From contig DATGTQ010000079.1 in NCBI GenBank assembly GCA_035301805.1, positions 3,672-67,671 of the forward strand: DNA of 64,000 nt, read 5' to 3'. The notes under the pieces were generated by a model. It ran no database searches and was not told the origin of the DNA. It saw only the letters and a list, made by a program, of their open reading frames with translations. Below are positions 1-9,393 of the stretch, one piece after another; position 1 is the first letter of the stretch, and each line of letters begins with the position of its first letter. Source of the DNA: Tissierellales bacterium (GTDB lineage: Bacteria; Bacillota; Clostridia; Tissierellales; DATGTQ01). Made by a program: the position numbers and the translations under genes.

Positions 1-221
1 TTGAAAACTATATAAAGGGATGGCGTTTACATCGTTTAGCTAAAATAGATTTAGCAATTTTAAGAATTTCAATTTATGAATTACTATATAGAAAAGATAT
101 TCCTGTAGAGGTTTCTATAAACGAAGCAATTGAAATTGCTAAAAAATTTAGCACGGATGAGTCCTCTAAATTCATTAATGGTATCTTAGGGAGCTTTGTG
201 CGTAAGGATATGAAGAAATGA
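1..221 (+). CDS. nusB: Transcription antitermination factor NusB, C-terminal part (5' end outside window)
   Basis: Frame 3 is open from the window edge and reads [65 protein letters not shown], a typical NusB C-terminus. Stop TGA 219-221 overlaps the next ATG. Confidence 0.8.
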   Translation, partial: ENYIKGWRLHRLAKIDLAILRISIYELLYRKDIPVEVSINEAIEIAKKFSTDESSKFINGILGSFVRKDMKK

Positions 222-1171
222 AAAAATATTATTTGGGAATAGATACAAGTGCATATACAACTTCTATAGCCGTTGTAGATAAGGATAGAAATATTATTTT
301 TGATAATAGAAAAGTATTAAAAGTTGAATCAAGAAAAAAAGGTTTAAGACAGCAGGATGCAGTTTTTCAACATTTGAATAATATACCTGATATAATAGGT
401 GATTTAACAGAAAATATAGATGTTGAAAAATTAGATACTGTCTCTGTCAGTGCAAAACCTAGAAATGCGAAGAACTCATATATGCCTGTTTTTGTCGTGG
501 GAAAAGGACAGGCATATATTATTGCTAAAATGTTAAACTTACATTATAAAGAGTTTAGCCATCAAGAAGGACATATTGGAGCTGCAATGATGAGTAATGA
601 TTTAATATATAAAGACAAATTTTTAGCTTTCCATCTTTCTGGTGGTACTACGGAAGTTTTATTAGTTAATAATAAAGAAAAAAATTTTAAAATTGACATT
701 ATTGGTGGTTCTTTAGATATAAGTGTTGGACAATTAATAGATAGAATAGGGGTACAATTAGGATATAGGTTTCCTTGTGGGAAAAAGCTAGATGAAATTT
801 CTAAGAATAGCTCTATTATCCCTTTAAAATATCCAATTAAGACTAAAGGTACTTGGGCTAATTTTTCAGGTATGGAAAACTTTTTTATTAATTTAATACA
901 ACATGAGAAATATGGTGAGGAACAAATTATAAAAACCATGTTCTACACTATTGGTTTAATGCTGGAAAAGCTTATATTAGGAACATGCAAGAAAACTAAT
1001 ATTAATACTATTGTTCTTATAGGTGGTGTAGCATCTAATTCTATTATAAAGGAATATCTTTTGGGTAATTTAAGAAAAAAAGGTATTAATGTATTTTTAA
1101 CTAATAATAAATTATGTACTGATAACGGGGTCGGGGTAGCTTACTTAGGTACAATCAAGGATGGACACTAA
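218..1171 (+). CDS. Kae1/TsaD-like ASKHA-fold protein (glycoprotease / M22 family)
   Basis: 317-aa ORF with N-terminal [15 protein letters not shown] and an HQEGH metal-binding-type motif, as in the TsaD/Kae1 family. ATGA overlap with nusB. Confidence 0.6.
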   Translation: MKKYYLGIDTSAYTTSIAVVDKDRNIIFDNRKVLKVESRKKGLRQQDAVFQHLNNIPDIIGDLTENIDVEKLDTVSVSAKPRNAKNSYMPVFVVGKGQAYIIAKMLNLHYKEFSHQEGHIGAAMMSNDLIYKDKFLAFHLSGGTTEVLLVNNKEKNFKIDIIGGSLDISVGQLIDRIGVQLGYRFPCGKKLDEISKNSSIIPLKYPIKTKGTWANFSGMENFFINLIQHEKYGEEQIIKTMFYTIGLMLEKLILGTCKKTNINTIVLIGGVASNSIIKEYLLGNLRKKGINVFLTNNKLCTDNGVGVAYLGTIKDGH

Positions 1172-1185
1172 TAGGAGGTGAAAAA

Positions 1186-2403
1186 ATGAAGGAAAAACCT
1201 TTAAAAGTTAGTGAACTAAATCAATATATTAAAAGAGTATTTGCTAGTGATTTTATTTTATCTAATGTTAGTGTAGAAGGAGAGATTTCTAATTATAACC
1301 ACCATTATAGCGGACATAGGTATTTTTCTCTAAAAGATGAAAAGGGAAGACTAAAATGTGTACTATTTAAAAACAATAGTAAATGTTTAGATTTAGATCT
1401 AAAAGATGGCATGAAGGTTATAGTATCAGGGTATGTCTCTATTTATGAGAGAAATGGTAACTATCAATTATATGTGAAAAGCATCAAAAAAAGTGGATTA
1501 GGGGATCTATATATAGCATATGAAAAATTAAAGAAAAAACTTAATAACGAAGGTATGTTCAATGATGATGAAAAAAAGGAAATCCCTTTTTATCCAAAAA
1601 CTATAGGAGTAGTAACATCTTTAACTGGAGCGGCTATAAAAGATATTATAACTGTACTTAGAAGAAGAAACCCAGGAATAAATATAATTATATATCCTTC
1701 ATTAGTTCAAGGTAAAGAAGCACCAAAATCTATTTGTGAAGGGTTAAAATATTTAGATAATAGAGAGGATATAGATCTTATTATTACTGGCCGAGGTGGT
1801 GGTTCAATAGAAGAGCTTTTTGCATTTAATGATGAAGAAGTGGCAAGAACTATATTTAACATGAAAACTCCTGTTATATCGGCTGTGGGACATGAGACTG
1901 ATTTCACAATTGCAGACTTTGTTAGTGATTTAAGGGCTCCTACGCCATCGGCAGCTGCAGAACTAGCAGTCCCTAAGGTGGAGAATTTAAAGGAGAACGT
2001 AGATAATATATATGATAAATTATTACACGAGTTTCTAAACATAAAAGATTTTAAACAAAATTACTTAACTATCTTAAAAAAGGACTTAGAACATAATAAT
2101 CCAATGTCTAAATTAAATGAAAGCAGACAAGCCCTAGACTATTTATTCAAAGAACTTAATTATAATATGAATATACAAATTGAAACTCATAAGAACAATT
2201 TAAAGCAGATAGGTAATAAACTTAATTTATTAAGTCCTTTATCGTCCTTAGAAAGAGGGTACAGTATAGGAACAAATAATAAAGATAAGGTAATAAAGTC
2301 TATTTATGATATAAAAACTGGCGATTTTGTTAATATTATTTTAAAAGATGGTATTATAAGTGCAAAAGTGGAAAATATTAAGGAAGGAGAGTTTATAAAG
2401 TGA
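1186..2403 (+). CDS. xseA: Exodeoxyribonuclease VII large subunit
   Basis: 405 aa. N-terminal OB-fold region (LKVSELNQYIK...VEGEISN) and catalytic-core motif TGRGGGSIEELFAFNDE. SD GGAGGTG upstream. Confidence 0.9.
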   Translation: MKEKPLKVSELNQYIKRVFASDFILSNVSVEGEISNYNHHYSGHRYFSLKDEKGRLKCVLFKNNSKCLDLDLKDGMKVIVSGYVSIYERNGNYQLYVKSIKKSGLGDLYIAYEKLKKKLNNEGMFNDDEKKEIPFYPKTIGVVTSLTGAAIKDIITVLRRRNPGINIIIYPSLVQGKEAPKSICEGLKYLDNREDIDLIITGRGGGSIEELFAFNDEEVARTIFNMKTPVISAVGHETDFTIADFVSDLRAPTPSAAAELAVPKVENLKENVDNIYDKLLHEFLNIKDFKQNYLTILKKDLEHNNPMSKLNESRQALDYLFKELNYNMNIQIETHKNNLKQIGNKLNLLSPLSSLERGYSIGTNNKDKVIKSIYDIKTGDFVNIILKDGIISAKVENIKEGEFIK

Positions 2404-2633
2404 GTTTAGAAAATATGTCCTATGAAGAGGCAACTAAGAAGATGGAAAAGATAGTTAGCAAGTTGGAAGGTGGAGAACTTACTTTAGACGAAGCCTTAGA
2501 TAACTTTAAAGAAGGCATAGAATTATATAAATATTGTAATAGTATTTTAGACAAAGTTGATGATAAAATAAAGGTATTGGTAAAAGATGATGAAAATAAT
2601 ATATTAGAAGAGGATTTTTCAACTGGAGGCTAA
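2400..2633 (+). CDS. xseB: Exodeoxyribonuclease VII small subunit
   Basis: 77 aa. YEEATKKMEKIVSKLEGGELTLDEAL matches the XseB helical hairpin. 4-nt overlap with xseA. Confidence 0.9.
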   Translation: MSLENMSYEEATKKMEKIVSKLEGGELTLDEALDNFKEGIELYKYCNSILDKVDDKIKVLVKDDENNILEEDFSTGG

Positions 2634-2637
2634 AGTT

Positions 2638-3507
2638 ATGGATTTAAAACAAGAATTAGAGGCCTATGGAAATATAGTAGATGAAGAATTGAATAAATTA
2701 TTTATTAACAAGAATGGTTACCAAAAAACAGTAATTGAATCTATGGAGTATAGTTTATTTACTGGAGGCAAAAGATTACGTCCCGTACTTTTATTAAAAA
2801 GTTGTGAAGCTTTAACAGGGGATTATAAAGATGCAATTCCTTTTGCTTTAGCAATGGAGATGATACATACTTATTCACTTGTACATGATGATTTGCCTCC
2901 AATGGATAATGATGATTATAGACGAGGAAAGAAGACAAATCATAGAGTATATGGCGAAGGAATGGCTATTTTAGCTGGTGATGGATTGTTAAATTTAGCA
3001 TATGAATCAACAATAAATTATATAATAAAAAATTCTAATTCTAAAGAAGATTTTGAAAGATATATATATGCCCTTGATGTAATAGCAAAATCTGCTGGTA
3101 TAAATGGAATGATAGGAGGACAAGTAATAGATATAGAGTCAGAAAATGAAAATATTAATATAGATACTTTGCATTGTATGTATGAAAATAAAACGGCGGC
3201 ATTAATAAAGGCATCTGCTATTGCTGGGGGGATAATAGGTAAAGGTAATGAAAAGGAAATAAAAAGCTTAGGGGAATTTGGTTTGGCTATTGGTCTAGGT
3301 TACCAAATAAGAGATGATATATTAGATTTAGAAGAGGATAAAATAGCTAATAAAACAACTTATATATCCTTTTATAAAAAAAATGAAGCAGAAAAAAAGG
3401 TAAGAGAATTAAGTCTAAAGGCTATAAAGATACTGGAAGATTTAAAAGGCCATGATACAAGGTTTTTAGAAAGCTTTGCAAGGTATTTAATTAATCGAGA
3501 ATATTAG
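2638..3507 (+). CDS. ispA: Farnesyl/geranyl diphosphate synthase (polyprenyl synthetase)
   Basis: 289 aa. First Asp-rich motif LVHDDLPPMDNDDYRRG and second motif YQIRDDILD. Confidence 0.9.
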   Translation: MDLKQELEAYGNIVDEELNKLFINKNGYQKTVIESMEYSLFTGGKRLRPVLLLKSCEALTGDYKDAIPFALAMEMIHTYSLVHDDLPPMDNDDYRRGKKTNHRVYGEGMAILAGDGLLNLAYESTINYIIKNSNSKEDFERYIYALDVIAKSAGINGMIGGQVIDIESENENINIDTLHCMYENKTAALIKASAIAGGIIGKGNEKEIKSLGEFGLAIGLGYQIRDDILDLEEDKIANKTTYISFYKKNEAEKKVRELSLKAIKILEDLKGHDTRFLESFARYLINREY

Positions 3508-3522
3508 CAGTTTTTCTTCATA

Positions 3523-3551
3523 TTGAAATCATAGAATTATTATGTTATAAT
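3523..3551 (+). promoter_or_regulatory. Sigma-A type promoter for the ORF-free RNA unit
   Basis: TTGAAA (3523-3528), exact 17-nt spacer, TATAAT (3546-3551), directly after the ispA stop. Confidence 0.6.
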
Positions 3552-3557
3552 ATTGTT

Positions 3558-4126
3558 GAGTCTGAGTGGTACAGTATTCTAGTCAGCACAGCTATTCTTG
3601 AAGGCGGGGCTAAAAATCCGTCAAAGGGCACATCGATGAAGTTTCTTGTTATAGCTTGCGACGCCCAGTTGGGGGCTATAACAGGGAGTAAGAAGGATGG
3701 GGCGATCCACAATGGCATGTGGGCGTTGACCCTACCTTCGTGGAGACTTATTATAAATTTTATAATAAGATAAACCTGAAAAGCAATAAAACATGCTTTC
3801 AGTGTAGCCTGCCTTGAGTGAAATAGGCAGATGATAATAATTGTCGAAACCTATTTTGCAAAAGAGGCTAGGGAATAAACTGGCTGTAGAGGAAAACTCC
3901 TAGACTGTTCTAAATATGGAGGTATATTAGGGATTACAGTGCGGACTAAGTGGTAATCTAGTTCTATTTATGGCGACATAATAGGGATAAGATTAAAGGG
4001 AAACCGCTGTAATGGCGACATACAGTTCTTATTTGGGAAATCCTGCTAGACCTTAAGCCGTAAGATTTACCTAACATACCACCACTCATTAGGCTGATAG
4101 CATAATAATAAGGCTATCAGCTTTTT
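3558..4126 (+). ncRNA. ole: Large structured noncoding RNA, probable OLE (ornate, large, extremophilic) RNA
   Basis: About 570 nt with stops in all frames and visibly higher G+C than the flanks. Bounded by a promoter (3523-3551) and an intrinsic terminator (4091-4126). Long-range 8-bp closing helix 3563-3570/4081-4088, plus local helices 3645-3655/3675-3685, 3707-3711/3718-3722 and 3809-3814/3825-3830. The ispA-RNA-oapA-tlyA-argR-recN synteny is as published for OLE. Confidence 0.7.
4091..4126 (+). terminator. Intrinsic terminator at the 3' end of the RNA unit
   Basis: Perfect 9-bp stem GCTGATAGC (4093-4101) / GCTATCAGC (4113-4121), 11-nt loop, then TTTTT (4122-4126). Confidence 0.75.
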
Positions 4127-4156
4127 ATATTAATTTTTTTGGAGGTTATATATTAA

Positions 4157-4741
4157 ATGGCAAGGAAAGAAAAGGTCTCATATAACATCAAATGGATATT
4201 ATCAATTTCATTTTGGACTTTTTTAATGGCAATTTTATTTAGCTTTATTACTGAAAAATTGTTGATTAATTTAGATATATTATTTGGATTTTTAATACTT
4301 ATAATTATAGTTTTTATTGGAATATTTTTTGATATAATAGGAATAGCAGTTACGGTTTCTAGTGAAAAACCTTTTCATTCAATGGCTGCTAATGGAGTCG
4401 ATGGAGCTAAACAGGCTATAAAATTAATTAGAAACGCTGGACAAGTTTCAAATTTTTGTAATGATGTAATTGGAGATATAAGTGGTATTATTAGTGGTGG
4501 TGTAGGGGCAAACATTATATATAAATTAATAAATATATATAGTATAAAAGATGGCACATTGTTAAGTATTATTATTACAGCATTAGTTGCATCTTTAACA
4601 GTTGGTGGAAAGGCTTTGGGAAAAGAAATTGCTATTTTTTATTCTGAAAAAATAATTTTTAGAGTGGCAAAATTTTTTGAAACCTTAGAAACAAAGTTTA
4701 ATATAAATATACTACCAGATATCAAAAAAAAGAATGATTAA
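4157..4741 (+). CDS. oapA: Small polytopic membrane protein, probable OLE-associated protein A
   Basis: 194 aa with about 4 hydrophobic spans. It lies immediately downstream of the structured RNA, the defining position of OapA. SD GGAGG sits 9 nt upstream of the ATG. Confidence 0.65.
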   Translation: MARKEKVSYNIKWILSISFWTFLMAILFSFITEKLLINLDILFGFLILIIIVFIGIFFDIIGIAVTVSSEKPFHSMAANGVDGAKQAIKLIRNAGQVSNFCNDVIGDISGIISGGVGANIIYKLINIYSIKDGTLLSIIITALVASLTVGGKALGKEIAIFYSEKIIFRVAKFFETLETKFNINILPDIKKKND

Positions 4742-4768
4742 AACGATTATGTTTTCAGGAGAGATATT

Positions 4769-5575
4769 ATGGACAAGAAAAAAAGAATAGATGTACTATT
4801 AGTTGAAAAAGGCTTTTATAGTACTAGAGAAAAGGCTAAACGAGTTATAATGGAAGGAGTAGTTTTTGTTGGGGAAAATAGAATAGATAAGCCTGGTGAA
4901 AAAATAGATATAGATAGTAAAATAATTGTAAAAAAGGACCCAATTCCTTACGTTGGTCGGGGAGGATTAAAACTAGAAAAGGCTATAAATAGTTTTAATA
5001 TAGAACTTAGGGGGAAAACGGCTATAGATATTGGGGCATCAACTGGTGGGTTTACTGATTGTATGTTAAAAGAAGGAATAAAAAAAGTTTATGCAATAGA
5101 TGTAGGATATGGACAGCTAGATTGGAAATTACGTAATGATAATAGGGTAGTTGTCAAAGAACGGACTAATATTAGATATGTAAAAGAAGATGATATAGGA
5201 GAGAGAGTTGATTTTATCTCTATTGATGTTTCTTTTATATCCTTAAAGTTAGTATTGCCAGTAGCTGAAAGTTTGTTAAAAAAAGAAGGGGAAATAGTAG
5301 CTTTAATTAAGCCACAATTTGAAGCTGGTAGGGAAAAGGTAGGTAAAAAAGGTTTAGTTAAAGACAAAGGAGTCCATTTTGAAGTAATAAAAAAAATATT
5401 GAATGTTTGTAGTAAGAATAATTTACAATTAGATAACCTTACTTATTCTCCAATTACTGGTGCTACAGGTAATATAGAATTTTTAGCTCATTTAGTAAAA
5501 GAGACTAATCTAGATGTAACTTTAAGTGAGCTTCAAATAAAAGAAATAATTGAAAATGCTCATAAAAGATTATAA
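4769..5575 (+). CDS. tlyA: TlyA-family rRNA 2'-O-methyltransferase (hemolysin A-like)
   Basis: 268 aa. N-terminal S4 domain (RIDVLLVEKGFYSTREKAKRVIMEG) followed by an FtsJ-like SAM fold (AIDIGASTGGFTDC). Confidence 0.85.
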   Translation: MDKKKRIDVLLVEKGFYSTREKAKRVIMEGVVFVGENRIDKPGEKIDIDSKIIVKKDPIPYVGRGGLKLEKAINSFNIELRGKTAIDIGASTGGFTDCMLKEGIKKVYAIDVGYGQLDWKLRNDNRVVVKERTNIRYVKEDDIGERVDFISIDVSFISLKLVLPVAESLLKKEGEIVALIKPQFEAGREKVGKKGLVKDKGVHFEVIKKILNVCSKNNLQLDNLTYSPITGATGNIEFLAHLVKETNLDVTLSELQIKEIIENAHKRL

Positions 5576-5608
5576 TTTTTTGTTATTTCTTTTATTAAGG
5601 AGGAAAAA

Positions 5609-6061
5609 ATGAGAAAATATACGAGACAAAGAAAGATATTAGAATTAATAGATAATAAAGAAATAGAAACTCAAGAAGAATTATCTGAGAATCTGGAGGA
5701 AATAGGTATATCTATAACTCAGGCTACTATATCAAGGGATATCAAGGAACTTGGTTTAGTAAAAGTTATTACCAATAATGGACGTTATAAATATTCAGCT
5801 ATTGAGGACAATAGGGAAAGTAGTAAAGAAAGATTGATGAAAGTCCTTAAAAGTTCTATAATTAATTTTGAGGTAGCTGGACATATTATAGTTATTAGTA
5901 CTTTACCTGGTGCAGCACAGATTTGTGGATTAGCCATAGATAGTTTTGAGCTAAAAGGTATAGTTGGAACTATTGCTGGCCATGATACATTATTTGTTGC
6001 TGTAGATGATATCAATAATGTGGACAAGGTTATTGAAAAGTTAAAAACTTTACTCAATTAG
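5609..6061 (+). CDS. argR: Arginine repressor
   Basis: 150 aa. Winged-helix N-terminus (RQRKILELI...QATISRDIKELGLVK) and C-terminal oligomerisation motif GTIAGHDTLFV. Confidence 0.85.
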   Translation: MRKYTRQRKILELIDNKEIETQEELSENLEEIGISITQATISRDIKELGLVKVITNNGRYKYSAIEDNRESSKERLMKVLKSSIINFEVAGHIIVISTLPGAAQICGLAIDSFELKGIVGTIAGHDTLFVAVDDINNVDKVIEKLKTLLN

Positions 6062-6076
6062 CCAAGGAGGTATCAT

Positions 6077-7774
6077 ATGCTTGTTGAGTTGAATATTAAA
6101 GATTTTGCAATATTAGAAAATTTAAATATTAATTTTACTAAAGGTTTCAATATTTTGACTGGTGAAACTGGTGCTGGTAAATCTATTATTGTTGAGGCCA
6201 TAAGCCTAATTTTAGGGGAAAGAGCTAGTAAGGATTTAATTAGAACGGGTAGTCATAAAGCAGTTATTGAAGGTGTTTTTTATTTGGAAAAACCAATGGA
6301 AATTAGGCAAGGATTAATTGAATATGGTATAGACCTAGGGGAAGATAATTATTTAATTTTATCTAGGGAAATTTTTTCTACGGGAAGAAGTGTTTCAAGG
6401 GTAAATGGTAGGACTGTTACTTTATCTATGCTTAATAAAATTACGGAAAATCTAATAGACATTCATGGACAACACCAACACCAATCATTATTGAATATTG
6501 AAAATCATATAAAAATAGTGGATACTTTTGGTGATGCTAATTTTAACAAAATAAAAGAAAATATATCAAAAAAATACATAAAATTAATGGAGTTAAAAAA
6601 GAAAGTAAATAATTTATCTATGGATACTATAGAAAGAGATAGAGAAATTGATTTACTTAAATACCAGCTAGAGGAAATAAATAGTGCTAATTTATCTATT
6701 GAAGAGGAAAAAGAAGTAGAAAATGAATTTAAAAAAATGTCTAATACAAAGGAAATTACTTCTACAGCTGGAGAAGTAATAGATATTCTAAATTCAAATG
6801 ACTATAATCGTTCTTCAGTTTTAGATGAATTAAACAATAGTATCACCTTAATGAATAATATAGAAACATATGATAAAAAGCTAAAAGAAATTAGTGATTC
6901 ATTGGAAAATTTCAGCTATGAATTACAAGAGGTATCTATTACCTTAATGCAATATATAGAAAGCATTAACTTTGATGAAGAGAAAATGATTTATTTAGAG
7001 GATAGAATGGATATTATCAATACATTGAAGAAAAAGTATGGAAATACTATAGAGGATATTTTTAAATATGAAAATAAAATAAGGGAAAGGTTAAATTTAT
7101 TAATAGATAATGATAATGAAATACAAGAACTTAAAATTCAAATAGCTGAGTTAGAAAAAGAATTAAATGATAGTTGCAAAATTTTATCAAGAGAGAGAAA
7201 AATAATTAGTCAAAAATTAGAAGAAGCTATTTCAAAAGAATTAGGTCAATTAAATATGCAAAAAGTAGTTTTAAAGGTTAATTTTGAAAAAAAAGATTAT
7301 TTTACAAAAGAAGGTTATGATAAAATTGAGTTTTTAATTTCTACTAACTTAGGTGAAGAATTAAAACCTTTATCTAGAATTGTTTCTGGGGGAGAAATTT
7401 CTAGGATAATGCTCGCTTTCAAGACTATCTTAGCTGATTATGATAATGTTCCCTGTCTAATATTCGATGAAATAGATACAGGAATAAGTGGCAGAACTGC
7501 ACAGATAGTTGGTGAAAAGATAAACAAAATTTCAAAAAAACGTCAAATTATTTGTATTTCTCATTTGCCACAAATTGCTGCTTTGGCAGATACACATTTT
7601 TCTATTAATAAAACTATTAAAGAAGGTAAAACTATAACAAATGTAAATAAATTAAGTTATGAAGAAAGAATTAATGAAATGTCTAGATTATTAGGTGGTG
7701 TAGATTTAACTAATACTACTAAGCTTCATGCAGAGGAAATGCTAAAAATGTCAAAAAAATTTAAAAATAAATAA
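6077..7774 (+). CDS. recN: DNA repair protein RecN
   Basis: 565 aa. Walker A GETGAGKS, long coiled coil, signature SGGEISRIMLA and Walker B LIFDEIDTG. Confidence 0.93.
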   Translation: MLVELNIKDFAILENLNINFTKGFNILTGETGAGKSIIVEAISLILGERASKDLIRTGSHKAVIEGVFYLEKPMEIRQGLIEYGIDLGEDNYLILSREIFSTGRSVSRVNGRTVTLSMLNKITENLIDIHGQHQHQSLLNIENHIKIVDTFGDANFNKIKENISKKYIKLMELKKKVNNLSMDTIERDREIDLLKYQLEEINSANLSIEEEKEVENEFKKMSNTKEITSTAGEVIDILNSNDYNRSSVLDELNNSITLMNNIETYDKKLKEISDSLENFSYELQEVSITLMQYIESINFDEEKMIYLEDRMDIINTLKKKYGNTIEDIFKYENKIRERLNLLIDNDNEIQELKIQIAELEKELNDSCKILSRERKIISQKLEEAISKELGQLNMQKVVLKVNFEKKDYFTKEGYDKIEFLISTNLGEELKPLSRIVSGGEISRIMLAFKTILADYDNVPCLIFDEIDTGISGRTAQIVGEKINKISKKRQIICISHLPQIAALADTHFSINKTIKEGKTITNVNKLSYEERINEMSRLLGGVDLTNTTKLHAEEMLKMSKKFKNK

Positions 7775-7806
7775 AAGCATCCTAAAAAAGGATGCTTTTA
7801 TTTATT
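7773..7806 (+). terminator. Intrinsic terminator after recN
   Basis: AAAAGCATCC (7773-7782) / GGATGCTTTT (7790-7799) stem followed by a T-rich tail. Confidence 0.75.
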
Positions 7807-7944
7807 TGGAAAAAAACATTATACTTAGTAAATTGATAAATATTTTTAGAGAATAAATAATATAAAATAAGGCCAAATTATATGTGCAACAATATTTTAG
7901 GGAGGTGAATATTTCATAAGGGACAATTGGGAGTGTGATTATTA

Positions 7945-9258
7945 TTGAGGAAATTTAAAAATAGAAAAATATTTTCTATATTTTTTTTGATTATAGCTTT
8001 TTTTTATATGATACAAATTGCTAGCATTTTTTATTGTCCTAAAGAAATTAGAATAGTTAAAGGGGAAGATAAAGAGTTAGAATTATTATTTCCTTTTAGA
8101 TTAAAAAATCGGGGTAAAGAAAATAAAATTTTAGAAACAACCTTTAACTTAAATAATAGGTCTAAACTAAAAAGGTCTTACAATATTGTGGCTAATCAAG
8201 AAGGAAATGCAAAATTTAATTTAAATATACTAGGTTTTATTCCAGTTAAAAATGTAGATGTTAATGTAGTAGATAGACAGGAACTGATTCTTGGAGGTAA
8301 TTCTATTGGTGTAAGCCTTAATACAAAAGGTGTATTGGTAGTTGCTGTTACTGATATAATAGGTATAGATGGAAAGAACTATAATCCAGCAAGAACTGCA
8401 GGAATTAAAGCAGGAGATAGTATTATAGATATTAATGGTGAGAAAGTAAAAAATGCGGAACATGTAGTTCAATTATTAAATGATTTAAAAGATAGTAGTA
8501 TAAAAATAACTATTGAAAGAAATGGAGCTAATTTTGTAACTAGTGTGACGCCAGTACAAAGCCTTCAAGATAACTGCTATAGACTAGGAATTTGGGTTAG
8601 AGATAAAACTGCAGGTATTGGTACCTTAACTTTTTATGATGAAAAAAGCAAAAACTTTGGAGCTTTAGGCCATGGTATTACAGATATTGATACTGGAAAA
8701 TTATTAAATGTTAGAAATGGTAAAATAATGGATGCTAAAATTGCAAATATTGAACAGGGAAAAAAAGGGGAACCTGGCGAAATAAAAGGAATCTTTTATG
8801 AGACGGAAAATACAGTAGGAGATATAAAAGAGAATACTAATTTTGGTATTTACGGAAAATTAAATGATGAATTTATAAAAAATAATAGAGCAGAAGCCTT
8901 ACCAATAGGATTTAGAGATGAAGTAAAGGAAGGTAAGGCTTATATATTAACTACAATAAATGATAACAAAATTCAAAAATATGAAATAGAAATTTTAAAA
9001 AAGCAGCAGCAATTTTCACCTGAATCTAAAAGTATGGTGATTAAGATAACAGATGAAAAACTTTTAAATAAAACCGGTGGCATAGTACAGGGAATGAGTG
9101 GTAGTCCTATTATTCAAGATGATAAAATAATTGGAGCCGTAACCCATGTCTTTGTAAATGATCCTACAAAAGGTTATGGTCTTTATATAGAGTGGATGTT
9201 GGAACAGTTAAGTATGGGGAAGGGTGAAAAAATTGGTAATGTAGAAGAAGATAGGTAG
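7945..9258 (+). CDS. spoIVB: SpoIVB signalling serine peptidase (S55)
   Basis: 437 aa. N-terminal signal anchor, PDZ-like region (GIKAGDSIIDINGEKV) and catalytic-region GMSGSPII. TTG start. Confidence 0.85.
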   Translation: MRKFKNRKIFSIFFLIIAFFYMIQIASIFYCPKEIRIVKGEDKELELLFPFRLKNRGKENKILETTFNLNNRSKLKRSYNIVANQEGNAKFNLNILGFIPVKNVDVNVVDRQELILGGNSIGVSLNTKGVLVVAVTDIIGIDGKNYNPARTAGIKAGDSIIDINGEKVKNAEHVVQLLNDLKDSSIKITIERNGANFVTSVTPVQSLQDNCYRLGIWVRDKTAGIGTLTFYDEKSKNFGALGHGITDIDTGKLLNVRNGKIMDAKIANIEQGKKGEPGEIKGIFYETENTVGDIKENTNFGIYGKLNDEFIKNNRAEALPIGFRDEVKEGKAYILTTINDNKIQKYEIEILKKQQQFSPESKSMVIKITDEKLLNKTGGIVQGMSGSPIIQDDKIIGAVTHVFVNDPTKGYGLYIEWMLEQLSMGKGEKIGNVEEDR

Positions 9259-9275
9259 ATTTACCTATCTTTTTC
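9250..9275 (+). terminator. Intrinsic terminator after spoIVB
   Basis: GATAGGTA (9250-9257) / TACCTATC (9262-9269) stem that includes the stop codon, followed by TTTTT. Confidence 0.6.
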
Positions 9276-9338
9276 TATTAAATTAAAAAATAGAAAAAAG
9301 GAACTATTATGGTAGAATTAAAGGAAATAAGGTTTCGT

Positions 9339-9345
9339 TGTCGAA
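9339..9345 (+). promoter_or_regulatory. Spo0A-box-like element upstream of spo0A
   Basis: TGTCGAA matches the 0A-box consensus TGNCGAA and sits about 50 nt upstream of the spo0A start. It is embedded in the near-palindrome TTTCGTTGTCGAAA. Confidence 0.35.
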
Positions 9346-9393
9346 AGGAATAAATGAGAGTAATTATTAAATATTAAACAGGGGGTAATTTTT

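Noticed and set aside
562-939. Antisense ORFs nested inside longer genes. Examples: 562-939, 1707-2042, 5089-5367, 5785-6057, 26179-26541, 37141-37461, 38667-39067, 47571-47909, 49260-49532, 60067-60396 and 63720-63932.
   Set aside because: Each lies entirely within, and opposite to, a gene with clear family motifs. None has an SD, and their compositions are skewed (S/I/L/F-rich), which is typical of shadow frames in low-GC genomes.
3508-4156. Possibility that the ispA-oapA gap is a decayed protein gene (e.g. dxs, which often lies in this neighbourhood).
   Set aside because: At 650 bp it is far too short for dxs, and stops occur in all six frames at short intervals. It has its own promoter and terminator and end-to-end pairing, which fits an RNA gene better.
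9318-9352. Sigma-H type promoter (AGGAAAT ... GAAT) upstream of spo0A.
   Set aside because: The AGGA-to-GAAT distance is about 26 nt, against about 21-22 expected from the B. subtilis consensus as I recall it. The call was not supportable by eye, so only the 0A-box-like TGTCGAA was kept, at low confidence.
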